Shown here in pieces: positions 1-9,915 of a stretch of DNA of 64,000 bases. This DNA comes from Bythopirellula sp. (GTDB lineage: Bacteria > Planctomycetota > Planctomycetia > Pirellulales > Lacipirellulaceae): positions 2,400,001 through 2,464,000 of the forward strand of contig OZ244170.1 of the NCBI GenBank assembly GCA_965216565.1. The letters run 5' to 3'. The stretch's first letter is position 1. Each line of letters begins with the position of its first letter. The position numbers were made by a program, and so were the translations under genes. The notes below the pieces were generated by a model. The model searched no databases and was not told the DNA's origin. It saw only the letters and a list, made by a program, of their open reading frames with translations.

Positions 1-2
1 TT

Positions 3-404
3 CGTCCCTATCTATTTGGTGAATTAATCGGTCAAACCCTCCTCTCCAAGGCGCAACTACCAGTCGTCGCTGTGCTTACGGACACCCATGAGATGCTAGC
101 GACTCAGCTTTGGCGGGATGAACCCATTCTTTGGCTTAGGGACGGCGAAAAAATTGCGTTATCTGCCCCGACACTTGGACAAACTGATTCCAATCGGGCT
201 CAGATTCAACTAGGAAACCTCTCGCTCTGCGGCGAGGCGCACGGTGTTTGGCAGGCTGATGATGTTCGCGATGCCCTCCAGCCGCTCTCGAAGAATATTG
301 ACTTAGCCGAACCGTTTCAGCGAATTGCCGATGCTATTCGCGAAGCACAACGCATCACCGAACCTGCCGATGAGGTTACAAATGATTCCTCAGAAGCAGC
401 CTAA
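3..404 (+). CDS. Hypothetical protein, 5'-truncated by the window edge
   Basis: The frame of ORF 72..404 is open back to base 3 (RPYLFGELIGQTLLSKAQLPVVAV...). Its end overlaps the probable start of the helicase gene. Confidence 0.6.
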   Translation, partial: RPYLFGELIGQTLLSKAQLPVVAVLTDTHEMLATQLWRDEPILWLRDGEKIALSAPTLGQTDSNRAQIQLGNLSLCGEAHGVWQADDVRDALQPLSKNIDLAEPFQRIADAIREAQRITEPADEVTNDSSEAA

Positions 405-2154
405 TCCAATCCAGGCACCAGCCAACGCTTCAACGTTGAGTTGCTTTACCTTTGGAGATCTAAACATCGGGCCCCCCGCACTGCGGTCGACTCCCGAGCA
501 CTCTCTTACTTTGGAAACTCCCGAAGCGATCAGGGTGCCGTTTGAATCTCCTTCGATTCGCACGGTCGGTTGTCTACTTGTCGATGTGGACTCGGCTATC
601 GACTCGTCAAAAACTAAAAGCAGCAACAACACTGCTGTGCCGACGGTGCAAGCCGCGGGTTCACCGAGTGCGACTACGTTTCGAGATTCTCCAGCGGCCA
701 CCTCACGCACCCGGATCCGTCCGCCGCGCGACGTGGTAAAACTGGAGGACCGTCTGCACTTCCTCCTGCAGCCTCCGCTGGAGAATGTTTTCGCCGGCGC
801 GCAATTGGAGTTTCCCTTTCGGCCATTTCCGTATCAATTCGAAGGCATCGCGTTTCTCTATCCTCGTCATGAAGCCGTACTGGCCGACGAGATGGGACTG
901 GGCAAAACTATGCAGGCCGTCGTGGGCATGCGATTGCTCGCACATCAACGCATTGTCAAACGAGCACTACTGGTTTGCCCCAAGCCCTTAGTCACCAATT
1001 GGCAACGCGAGTTTGCCATGTGGGCACCGGAACTGCTCGTGACCGTCCTCAAGGGCAACCAAGCCACCCGCGAATTCCTCTGGAAGTCCGGCGGGGCAGG
1101 GGTGCTACTGGCGAATTACGAACTCCTGGTTCGTGATCGAGAATTCCTGAAAGAAATTGACCAACCATTCGATCTTATGGTCATCGACGAATCGCAGCGC
1201 ATCAAGAATCGTCTCGGCACCACCAACGAAGTCATCTGCAGCGTGCCCCGTTCGCGCAGTTGGGCCCTTACCGGCACGCCCATCGAAAATAGCATCGAAG
1301 ACCTGGTCGGTATCTTTCAATTTGTTTCGCCTGGCTGCCTCCAGCCCGGCATGAAAGCCCCCGCCATCCGCCGTTCGGTCGACGACTACGTCATCCGCCG
1401 CACCAAGGACCACGTCCTCACCGACTTGCCACCCAAACTGTTCCGCGACGCCGAGATCGATCTCTCACCCGAGCAATGGCAATCGTACACCCGGGCCGAG
1501 AACGACGGCGTCATCCAACTCAGCGAGATGAAAGCCGAACTCACTATCCAGCACGTCTTCGAACTCGTGCTCCGCCTGAAACAAATCTGCAACTTCGATC
1601 CCACCACCGGAGCGAGCTCTAAAGCAGACCGCCTGGAAGCCGATCTCGAGGAGTGCGTGGCCAGCGGCCGCAAAGCAATCGTTTTCAGCCAATGGGTAAA
1701 AACGATCGAAACGCTTTCGAGCCGACTCGCGCGTTTCAACCCACTCCAATACCACGGCAAGATCCCCACTTCGCAGCGCGACGGCGTGATCGACACATTC
1801 CGCAACGAAGCAGACCGACACATTTTGCTGATGAGTTACGGCGCCGGCAGCGTAGGCCTCAATCTGCAGTTTGCCGGCTACGTGTTTCTGTACGATCGCT
1901 GGTGGAACCCAGCCGTGGAAGACCAGGCCATCAACCGCGCCCACCGCATCGGTGCCGCCGGCCCCGTGACAGTCACCAGAATGCTCGCCCTCGGCACGAT
2001 CGAAGAGCGAATCAACAAGGTGCTCGAAGAAAAACGCGAACTATTCGACTCCGTCTTCAACGCCTCCGACCCTCCCAACAAAAAGCTCGGCCTCTCGCGT
2101 GACGAAATCTTCGGCTTGTTCGATTTGCAATTTCCGGGTGCCGAGGCAGCATAA
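382..2154 (+). CDS. SNF2-family (SWI2/SNF2) DEAD/DEAH-box helicase/ATPase
   Basis: Motifs LADEMGLGKT, IDESQRIKN, ALTGTPIEN, LKQICN, IVFSQW, GLNLQ, DRWWNPAVEDQAINRAHRIG. ATG at 382 preferred; start uncertain. Confidence 0.93.
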   Translation: MIPQKQPNPIQAPANASTLSCFTFGDLNIGPPALRSTPEHSLTLETPEAIRVPFESPSIRTVGCLLVDVDSAIDSSKTKSSNNTAVPTVQAAGSPSATTFRDSPAATSRTRIRPPRDVVKLEDRLHFLLQPPLENVFAGAQLEFPFRPFPYQFEGIAFLYPRHEAVLADEMGLGKTMQAVVGMRLLAHQRIVKRALLVCPKPLVTNWQREFAMWAPELLVTVLKGNQATREFLWKSGGAGVLLANYELLVRDREFLKEIDQPFDLMVIDESQRIKNRLGTTNEVICSVPRSRSWALTGTPIENSIEDLVGIFQFVSPGCLQPGMKAPAIRRSVDDYVIRRTKDHVLTDLPPKLFRDAEIDLSPEQWQSYTRAENDGVIQLSEMKAELTIQHVFELVLRLKQICNFDPTTGASSKADRLEADLEECVASGRKAIVFSQWVKTIETLSSRLARFNPLQYHGKIPTSQRDGVIDTFRNEADRHILLMSYGAGSVGLNLQFAGYVFLYDRWWNPAVEDQAINRAHRIGAAGPVTVTRMLALGTIEERINKVLEEKRELFDSVFNASDPPNKKLGLSRDEIFGLFDLQFPGAEAA

Positions 2155-2217
2155 ACGCGTAGCTGGATTCGCAAGAATTTAAGCTATCGGCTCCGAAGAA
2201 GCGTTTGGGCTACCCCA

Positions 2218-3222
2218 CTAAAGGCGTCGCCGAGCAAACACTGGCAGTAGAAGCGCCGTTTGGAAGAGCAACAGTGAAGTCGGTTCAGGCACAAAAACCA
2301 TTATCCTCACGTCGTCTACTCTTGCAAAATCGAAAGTTCCATTCTGCTTCACCCATTGGAAACTCACGTTTTGCCCGGCATAGGTATCTGCGATAGTAAA
2401 AGAGTGCGATTGGGGTCCCGCATTTCCGGTTGCAGGCACGATAAACAGTGGAGTGAAAGAACCAGACCCAACCTTCACCTGCAACTCGGTAGAACGCGTC
2501 ATCGAGTCGTAAGAAAAATTAATAACCGCCCCATCAGCAGGAATGGCCAACTCGATTGTTCTTAGGTGGTTTAAAGGAACTGAGGATGTATTTTGTGCGT
2601 GGTAAATGCCATCGGCTGCGTCTGGAGAGAATGAACGAGACCAACCGCTGGTGTCAGACCATTTGTTAGGATCAAAACCGCAGCATGTCTCAAAGCTGTC
2701 CTCAAAGAGAGTAGCCATAAATGGTGGTAGTTCCCTTTCGGCGATTTTCACGTCGTCAACTCTTGCACTATCAGTACTTCCGCTCTGCTTGACCCATTGG
2801 AAACTCACATTTTGCCCGGCATAGATGTCTGCGACAGTAAAAGAGTGCGATTGGGGTCCCGCAGTTCCGGTTGCAGGCGCGGTATACAGTGGACTGAAAG
2901 AACCAGACCCAACCTTCGCCTGCAACTCGGTGAAACGCGTAAACGAGTCGTAAGAAAAATTAACAACCGCGCCTTCAGCGGGAATGGCCAGGTCGATTGT
3001 TCTTAGGTTGTTAAAAGTAGCTGAGGATGAGTTTTGTGCATGGTAATTGCCATCGGCTGCGCTCGAGGAGAATGTACGAGACCAACCGCTGGTGTCAGAC
3101 CATTTAGTGGGATCAATACTGCAGCATGTCTCGAAACTGTCTTCAAACAAAATCGTCTCACCGAATGCAATGGGAGACATCGAAAATAATGCTACAACAA
3201 AGACACCTAGAAACGCTTTCAT
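2218..3222 (-). CDS. PEP-CTERM surface protein with two tandem jelly-roll/adhesin-like domains
   Basis: Signal peptide MKAFLGVFVVALFSMSPIAFG; two near-identical domains FEDSFETCC...ARVDDV; C-terminal VPEP + hydrophobic helix + RRRL. Confidence 0.85.
   Translation of the reverse strand: MKAFLGVFVVALFSMSPIAFGETILFEDSFETCCSIDPTKWSDTSGWSRTFSSSAADGNYHAQNSSSATFNNLRTIDLAIPAEGAVVNFSYDSFTRFTELQAKVGSGSFSPLYTAPATGTAGPQSHSFTVADIYAGQNVSFQWVKQSGSTDSARVDDVKIAERELPPFMATLFEDSFETCCGFDPNKWSDTSGWSRSFSPDAADGIYHAQNTSSVPLNHLRTIELAIPADGAVINFSYDSMTRSTELQVKVGSGSFTPLFIVPATGNAGPQSHSFTIADTYAGQNVSFQWVKQNGTFDFARVDDVRIMVFVPEPTSLLLFQTALLLPVFARRRL
2307..3147. repeat. Intragenic direct repeat, two ~400 bp copies offset by 441 bp
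   Basis: Matching anchors at 2308/2749 (cacgtcgtc), 2351/2792 (acccattggaaactcac) and 2680/3121 (gcagcatgtct). Confidence 0.92.
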
Positions 3223-3717
3223 TTTCTTCACGAGACTACCCTTATCACTGCATGGATGCGAACGCAACTGACGAATAGAGCCAAAATCGATTCGGCAGGA
3301 ATAGCACCACTCAATCACATGTCATTTGGCTAGCGCTCTATTGTCTATACGCAGTCCGATCCCTGTCAACGAAATTAACACCCATTTATGTTGTATTAAA
3401 TCTCAGAGGAGAGCAAACAATAGGTGGCAACAAACTACTTCTGCCCGTCCTGCAAAAGACTTCGACATCTGACCGCGGTGGAATGCTCGCAGTAATGGAC
3501 GAGGGCTTTCGGCTCTTAGCTCTCAGCACTCAGCCCTACCGAGCTGTCATCTCGACGTCCGCCGAGGGATCTTATCTCCAATAGCGCGAGCTTAGCCATG
3601 TGTTGCTCGCCCCGGCGAGTAAACTACGGCAACAAGGCTACCGCAGTCCCCTGACGAGTTGAGGGAGGGGCTAGGAAAGGTGCCAAAAAGCCACCAACCG
3701 TCTCCACCCACCACAAT

Positions 3718-3797
3718 AGCCCCAAAGGGGCTCCAGATAATAGCCAGGGGCGCAAGCCCCTGGAAAGTAAGCCACAACAATAGAAAGCCCTGCAGGG
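3718..3797. repeat. Cluster of GC-rich hairpins (REP-like element)
   Basis: AGCCCC-aaa-GGGGCT (3718-3732), CCAGGGGC-gcaa-GCCCCTGG (3744-3763) and CCCT-gc-AGGG (3788-3797), intergenic and downstream of the protease gene. Confidence 0.6.
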
Positions 3798-3836
3798 ACG
3801 AAAGTCAACAACTTCAAGGCTGTTTTCCCAATCGCC

Positions 3837-5672
3837 TCAAGCCGCAAACGGCGAACCAAATGCAAAAGGATCGTCGTCGACATCATCCTGCATAGAATAT
3901 GCCATCGACGCGAACGCGGCATCGGTAGCTGATACCGATGCAGCAACTGTAGCTGTACGGCTTCCACTCCCACCAGAAGATTGCGCTTGTTGAGATGCTC
4001 CAGGCCAATTTGTGAAATCGATACCATCATTGCCCAATAGTAGGGACAGATCGGGCGTGTGAACGTCACCATCACCCGTAAAGTCGCCTTCTAAGTAAGT
4101 TTGTGAACCCGGAGGTTGGCTAAAATTCCCGAGAAGGACTGACAAGTCAGGCGTATCCACAATGTTGTTCGGCCCCGAATCGCCGACGAAATCGCCAGGG
4201 AGAATTGTAAAGTAAAACTCAAAATCACCACCTGCCGTACCATTGCCAGAACCATTTGAAAGATCACTCAACCCTATAGAACCCTGCGAAAGTGAGGTGG
4301 GATTCGTCCACTCGCCATCCAAAAAGACACCGGCATCATCAGTCACCGCATCATCTAGTCTGAGTACCATTTGGTCGGTATCAAACTGATCATTGGCATC
4401 AAGCGGAGTCAGTTCCCAAGACGCCGTGTTGGTACCAGCATTGTAACCGACATACGAAAGAGAAGAAGTATAGTCGTTTGTTGTAAACGCACCTTCCAAT
4501 GTTAGCTCTGTTCCATCAAGTACTACGTCCTCATTGAAGGTAATACTTATGATGTCTGCTCCTCCAATCGGGACAGTTCGAAGTTGCTCGCCCGAGCCTG
4601 TTGGAATCGTGTAAGAGCCGTTGAAGCCATCTAGTGTGTTTGGTCCAGCTATGGTTACTGCGGTAACCTGGGGGGCTACGATGTCTACAACAGAATCTAT
4701 CCAGCTAGCTTGCGTCGACACTCGCGTGTCACCCCCAAATTCTCCAAAGCTGGAATTGGATCCTGGAACACTGTCCCCAGTTCCTCCTGATGCAATCGCA
4801 CTAAATGATGTTACACCAGCAATTCTACCATTAACTAAAGTCGGTCCTCCTGAATCTCCAGGAGCTGTCAGCACTTCTAAATTACCTAAACCTAGATCGA
4901 CGAGGCCAGCGATCAGATCAAATGTATCGTTGGCCGCCAATCCATTGTCAAAGTCATACAGGATTATGTCTTCTTTGTTATTCCAATAAAGTTCGTATAG
5001 ATTTTGACCGTCTCGCTTCGTGCCTGCAGGGAACGAAACTGTATCGACCTGACCTTGTCCTGATTGCCCATATCCAAACTTGTTACCTATCAACGTTAGC
5101 TCATTGGCCTCGCGGTAGATATCGTATCTTTCGGCAGCAGCGGGAGCCAAACTAGCTAGTTCCAATACAGCAATATCGTCTCCGTCACCAAGAACTCCAT
5201 TCCAGTTAGGATGGATTGTAATATCGTTTACCGCTACTGGCACAACAATATCCCCTCCAGGTAACTCAAAAGTAACATTAACCCCAGTTGCATTGAGATT
5301 GCCACCACTATCAGTGAGACAGTGCGCTGCCGTTAAAATATGAGATCCGGTTGGTAACAAAGCACCAGAACATATGAAGTTACCAGTGGCTGTCGCTATG
5401 TTTATCAAAGTGACACCGTCCGCTCCAGTTCCAGTTGCAGTCTCGTGATTCGCTGGTGCGTCTACAGTTGTATAGGTGGGTTGAAGAGAAATCTCACTGA
5501 GATCTACATAGTCAGCTAGGACACTACTTGCTGAAAGTACCTTTCGTTCCTCCAGCCCTTCCATCCGCAAACAACGCGAAGACTGCAACTGAGCCTTCTT
5601 TGCCTTTCTCCTCTTCCTGTTGAAGCCAAGTTTCGTAAGTGTGTTGTTCCAAGAGTTCGGTAGATTGCGCAT
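3837..5672 (-). CDS. Secreted trypsin-like (S1) serine protease with planctomycete export motif and dockerin-like repeats
   Basis: Catalytic triad motifs ILTAAHC, DIAVL, GDSGGP; leader RCLRMEGLEERKVLS; C-terminal GDF..../GDFTGDGDV..DL repeats. ATG 5672 preferred (GGAGG upstream). Confidence 0.88.
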   Translation of the reverse strand: MRNLPNSWNNTLTKLGFNRKRRKAKKAQLQSSRCLRMEGLEERKVLSASSVLADYVDLSEISLQPTYTTVDAPANHETATGTGADGVTLINIATATGNFICSGALLPTGSHILTAAHCLTDSGGNLNATGVNVTFELPGGDIVVPVAVNDITIHPNWNGVLGDGDDIAVLELASLAPAAAERYDIYREANELTLIGNKFGYGQSGQGQVDTVSFPAGTKRDGQNLYELYWNNKEDIILYDFDNGLAANDTFDLIAGLVDLGLGNLEVLTAPGDSGGPTLVNGRIAGVTSFSAIASGGTGDSVPGSNSSFGEFGGDTRVSTQASWIDSVVDIVAPQVTAVTIAGPNTLDGFNGSYTIPTGSGEQLRTVPIGGADIISITFNEDVVLDGTELTLEGAFTTNDYTSSLSYVGYNAGTNTASWELTPLDANDQFDTDQMVLRLDDAVTDDAGVFLDGEWTNPTSLSQGSIGLSDLSNGSGNGTAGGDFEFYFTILPGDFVGDSGPNNIVDTPDLSVLLGNFSQPPGSQTYLEGDFTGDGDVHTPDLSLLLGNDGIDFTNWPGASQQAQSSGGSGSRTATVAASVSATDAAFASMAYSMQDDVDDDPFAFGSPFAA

Positions 5673-5914
5673 CCTGACGCCTCCGTAAGAAAGGTTGTCG
5701 GCGATTCGTGCCGACTGAAAAAACAATGTTCCGTCGGAAGCCATCCTGTTTAGATGCCTATGGCTTACCTTCTCGCGTTATATGGCTGCGCAGTTTGCCG
5801 TTCAAGCAGTTTTTTTGGCCTATTAGAGAAACTTGGGTAAAGTAAATCACTAAACTGCTCTCCCAAGTTTGCTAATCACCCCAATTCAGAATTGCCATAA
5901 TTGACTTGACAGAC

Positions 5915-6805
5915 TCACCAGAACCGTCGCATGAGGGTGGCCCAGGCTTCGTTCAGTTCCTGGAATTGCTCGTCGGTGGGTGCGGCGTCGTTTGTGGGTG
6001 CGGCGTCGTTTGTGGGTGCGGCTGCGTCGGTGGGTTGGAAGCCGGTCCACTCGAGCCGGAAGGGCCAGCCACGGAGCGCGGCGGTTTCGTTCACGCGGCC
6101 CTGGATTCGCAAACCCCAGAGACTGCCGAAGCTGTCGCGAAAGGTTTTCCAACGTTGGGTGAATTCGGCGAGAGATGGCTCGCAAGCCCCTCCCCAAGAA
6201 CGGGGAGAGGGACTGCCTATTGTCACCACTAAGCTCGCGACTAAAAAGGCCACGATCGCCAGGGCCATCATCTCTCCCGGGTCGAAACCAGACTCGGGCC
6301 AGAGGAATTCGGTGAGCAACGCCAACTGCCCCCCGGCGACGAGCAGCGCCGCAAACCAGTTACGTGTGCTCAGGTAATTCAAAAGCCCAACAACGACCAG
6401 GCCGAAGAGAAACAGCTTCCAAGCGACGAACAGCGACAGTTCGCTCCGCGAGAGCCATGCTTGGCCGGCAGGCCAAACTAGCACCAACCACAGGCTGGCG
6501 ACGACCCATTGCCAGCCGCGGTGTTGGGGGCGTTTGGCACCGAGCACCGCCATCACGGGGCAGAACGTGCCCGCCGCCACGGCAAAGCGAATCGTCGCAG
6601 AAGTCGCGCCGCCACTGGCAAAGTGCCGTTCCGCGACGATCGCCAAACTTCCGCAAACCGCAATCGCCCACCAGCACGGGGCCGCAAGCGTCGTCCCCCT
6701 TAATCGACGAAGGACGGTACCAAGCACCACCACCAACGTTGCCCCTGCAACAAGGCAGACGGCACGCGGTCCTAAGCTCAAAACGCCTGGCTCCGGAAGT
6801 ATCAC
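5915..6805 (-). CDS. Hypothetical multi-pass membrane protein
   Basis: About 7 hydrophobic segments; conserved-looking blocks VLGAKRPQHRGWQWVV and WKTFRDSFGSLWGLRI; GTG start. Confidence 0.75.
   Translation of the reverse strand: MILPEPGVLSLGPRAVCLVAGATLVVVLGTVLRRLRGTTLAAPCWWAIAVCGSLAIVAERHFASGGATSATIRFAVAAGTFCPVMAVLGAKRPQHRGWQWVVASLWLVLVWPAGQAWLSRSELSLFVAWKLFLFGLVVVGLLNYLSTRNWFAALLVAGGQLALLTEFLWPESGFDPGEMMALAIVAFLVASLVVTIGSPSPRSWGGACEPSLAEFTQRWKTFRDSFGSLWGLRIQGRVNETAALRGWPFRLEWTGFQPTDAAAPTNDAAPTNDAAPTDEQFQELNEAWATLMRRFW
5976..6035. repeat. In-frame 18-bp tandem repeat (about 3.3 copies)
   Basis: GTGGGTGCGGCGTCGTTT x2 plus a degenerate copy; encodes PTDAAA-PTNDAA-PTNDAA-PTD on the minus strand. 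Confidence 0.85.
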
Positions 6806-7015
6806 AATCCCTACGACCTGAATGAATGGAGGCTTGCCGCCCCTGAGAAAGCCTGTCCTGTAAAAGATGACGATTGTAGCGTCTCAGTAAGGATTTTGGA
6901 CGAGCGAAATGTCAGGTGTTGCGTTTGCTCAACACGCCAGAGTAACCCATGCTTCGCTAGTAGCACGAACTTCCCCCGAATCCCACCTCGTGCCAACCCA
7001 AACAAGGACCTCCCC

Positions 7016-7684
7016 ATGCGTCAACAATTCCTGCTCAGCTCTGTCGCCTTGATGCTCGCCCTCTTGCCTTTGGCAGGAGAGAGCCATGCCCGATTGTTCT
7101 GGCAGACTTATGGATCCGTTGTCAGCGACGGAACTTGCGGCTGCAATTGGAATACGAATCAAGACTTTTTTGTCCCACGTCACAGCGATAGCTGTCGGTA
7201 CGGATTGTTCAGCCCCTGCAAGTCGAGTTGCACCAGCTCACCAGCCTGCAAACATTGCCATCCGCTGTATCCAGGATATTGCAGCAACTATGGCCGCTTG
7301 CATTACGGTTGGCGGAACTTGGTTTATGGCTGCTATTGCGGGTGCCAGGCTGTTCGCCCCTATCGATGTGGCTGCTCGCCAACTCCGTACTGCGGACCCT
7401 GGCTGTATGGTAGCCGAAGAGGCTGCGGACCAACCTGCGGAGGTCATTGCCAAGCGGGACGATGCGGCAACATCGGTTGTCAATCGATGATGGGCTGCCA
7501 ATGGCCCCTGGAGATGGTCGCCCCCAACGTGGAACCTGCGGGAATGCAGATTATCGGCGGCTTGCCGATTCAAGGTGACGAACTGCTAGCGAGTATGAGC
7601 GTCGACCTGGAACCCTCAGCCGGACGATCCATCCCCAGCGATCAACCACAGCAGACTCTGCCCTCGCTGGGTGCTCCCAGGTAG
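7016..7684 (+). CDS. Secreted Cys/Gly/Tyr-rich hypothetical protein
   Basis: AAGGA RBS before ATG 7016; signal peptide ending ESHA; 20 Cys in the mature part. Confidence 0.75.
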   Translation: MRQQFLLSSVALMLALLPLAGESHARLFWQTYGSVVSDGTCGCNWNTNQDFFVPRHSDSCRYGLFSPCKSSCTSSPACKHCHPLYPGYCSNYGRLHYGWRNLVYGCYCGCQAVRPYRCGCSPTPYCGPWLYGSRRGCGPTCGGHCQAGRCGNIGCQSMMGCQWPLEMVAPNVEPAGMQIIGGLPIQGDELLASMSVDLEPSAGRSIPSDQPQQTLPSLGAPR

Positions 7685-8020
7685 TGCAGGTTTGACCAAC
7701 CCGTAGAGTTTAACAACAAGAAAACCAACTACAGCTTTCAGAGCGGTGTGCCTACTGGGGAGTGTGGCTTGCTGCGACGAAGCTGACCGAGAGTGGGCAG
7801 GTTTCCGCAAGGAGATCTGCCTGCTTTCTTTTACTAACCCAAAATGTCGACCAGTTTGATAAGACCCTGGGTATTGTCTATAGCGTCACGTGCCGACCGG
7901 TCGATAGAAGTAGTACAACGCTAACGGGAGGGCGAAACACACGTAGTGTTTTGCTTCAGGATAGAGGTCATGGCAAGACGACGGATCGACTTGCCATGAC
8001 CTTTTTTAATTCCTCGACTG

Positions 8021-9451
8021 CTATTTGTTTAGCTCAGCCTTGAGCTTATCCAGCAACTGCTGGGCTTCGCGTCGGAAAAGGAATAGGCCCTTGCTCTGCT
8101 TGAGCACCTGTTCCAATGTAGCCGCAGCCTGTTCCTTCTGCTTTTCTTGCTCAGACATAATTCGGGCCACTAGATAGGCCGAATTCGCAGGCAAGTTGCC
8201 CGATTGGGCACCTTTTTGCAATGCCGCTTGTGCCTTGGCAGCTTGCTTCAAATTGTAGAGTACCCAACCATAGGTGACGTTGGCCTGCACGCTCTGCGGA
8301 AATCTCTGAGCGTTCATTTCAGCGTACTGCAGAGCCCGCTTTTGATCCTTGCTGGCGTCGCTCTCGATGAGTAGTAATGCCAAAATATTGGTCGCGGCAG
8401 GATGGGCTGGATTGATGTCGAGTACTTTAGCTAAGGCATCCTCAGCTTTCTTACGCTCGCCACGCATCAAATTCACGATTCCATCTAGCAGCAGGGCTTG
8501 AATGGAATCGGGAGATTGCTTGCTGAGGGTCGATGCTACCTCTTGGGCATCGTCCAATTCGTCCTGTTGAATTAACCACTCGGCATAAGCCTGGGCAACT
8601 TTTATATCCGTCTGATCCTCCTTGTAGGCTCTCTCGAACGCCATCTTGGCATTTTTGTTCTCTCCCTTTTGCGAGAATAGCCGCGCCATGAAGACGAATG
8701 GATGCCCTAAGGAGGGTTCAATTTCACGTGCCTTCTTAAAACTATTGAGGGCTCCCTTCGAGTCATCCAGGTTAAACATAACAACGCCAAGTCTTTGATA
8801 GGCAGCCGCGCTGTCTGGATCCTTCTCCAACCACTCTCCGAGGAGCTCTTTCGCTTGCTCCCATTGCTGCCGTCGTTCGGCCACAGCCGATCGACCTGCG
8901 ATTACTCGAATCTCAAAGTTTTCCTTGCGAAGTTTATTTTCGTTGAACTTTTGAACGTAAGGATCAGCCAATTCAAACAGTGCCTGCGCTTCGGTCGTAC
9001 GGCCTCCTACAAACGCTTGATCCGCCAGCAGAAGATAAGACTCTGGATCTCCCGGATGCTCGACGACTGCTCGTTCCAGTAGGAGACGGACTGCCTTTCC
9101 GTTTCGAGCAGCGAGCTGCATCTTTGCCATCGTGATGTCTGTGGGCGGCAGCTTAGGGTACTTATCTTTGGCTTGATTGAGATAGTCTAGCGCACCTTGA
9201 ACATCGGTGTTTTTGAACCGTTGAATGGCTTTCTCAATCTCGGGATAGTCCTTTTTCTTCAGAGAAACGGCCGTGCCGATCAGGTTTTCCACCGTCAGTG
9301 GATCATTCTGCGTCTTCGCTTCGGCTTCGGGATCCAGAGAGTCCTGGGCGTAAACGTTCGAAGTTGATCCAGAAATCTGTGAAAGAACAAGCAGCCAACA
9401 GGCCGCAAGGCAGAATGTCATACGAATAAAAGGTCGATTGGGAGTCTTCAT
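8021..9451 (-). CDS. Secreted tetratricopeptide-repeat protein
   Basis: Signal peptide (VYA|QD); multiple TPR-like helices (AAAYQRLGVVMFNL..GALNSFKKAREIEP); GAGG RBS. Confidence 0.85.
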   Translation of the reverse strand: MKTPNRPFIRMTFCLAACWLLVLSQISGSTSNVYAQDSLDPEAEAKTQNDPLTVENLIGTAVSLKKKDYPEIEKAIQRFKNTDVQGALDYLNQAKDKYPKLPPTDITMAKMQLAARNGKAVRLLLERAVVEHPGDPESYLLLADQAFVGGRTTEAQALFELADPYVQKFNENKLRKENFEIRVIAGRSAVAERRQQWEQAKELLGEWLEKDPDSAAAYQRLGVVMFNLDDSKGALNSFKKAREIEPSLGHPFVFMARLFSQKGENKNAKMAFERAYKEDQTDIKVAQAYAEWLIQQDELDDAQEVASTLSKQSPDSIQALLLDGIVNLMRGERKKAEDALAKVLDINPAHPAATNILALLLIESDASKDQKRALQYAEMNAQRFPQSVQANVTYGWVLYNLKQAAKAQAALQKGAQSGNLPANSAYLVARIMSEQEKQKEQAAATLEQVLKQSKGLFLFRREAQQLLDKLKAELNK

Positions 9452-9915
9452 CAATTTCCTCAGTTAAATAGTTCTCATGCGTCATACCTTGGACGCGTGG
9501 GTAGCTCGATTAGTTCTAAATGCACCAAAACAGCGGCTGTGCGGCTGCCTTCGCCCGTTTGGAGATAATACTGCATTCTAGACGAAAAGGCGACGTAGAG
9601 TACACAGGCCAAGTCTCAGAGTTGTATCTCCGAGTGGATCTCTCTGGCAAAATATAACAATCTGTAGGGATCGCGTGAAATATGGACAAATCTAGGCATC
9701 TCGACTCGCTTCTCGAAGCTGCCTATAGTATCTCTATGAGACGGAATGCTGCGTTTTCCTGGGACGCTAAACTCTCTTGTGGACAGCAAGCCTGTACCAT
9801 GAACTCTCTAGAAAAGTAGTGCCTAGGAAACACCTGACTCAGCTGACTGCTGGGAGGCCAGAACAAACCTCCTTTCCTCTCTTTCGATTCACTCCTATCG
9901 CTTAAGGTAGCAAGA

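Noticed and set aside
5976..6035. Short direct repeats as a possible CRISPR array
   Set aside because: The units are contiguous with no spacers, lie in frame within a CDS, and no cas genes are present.
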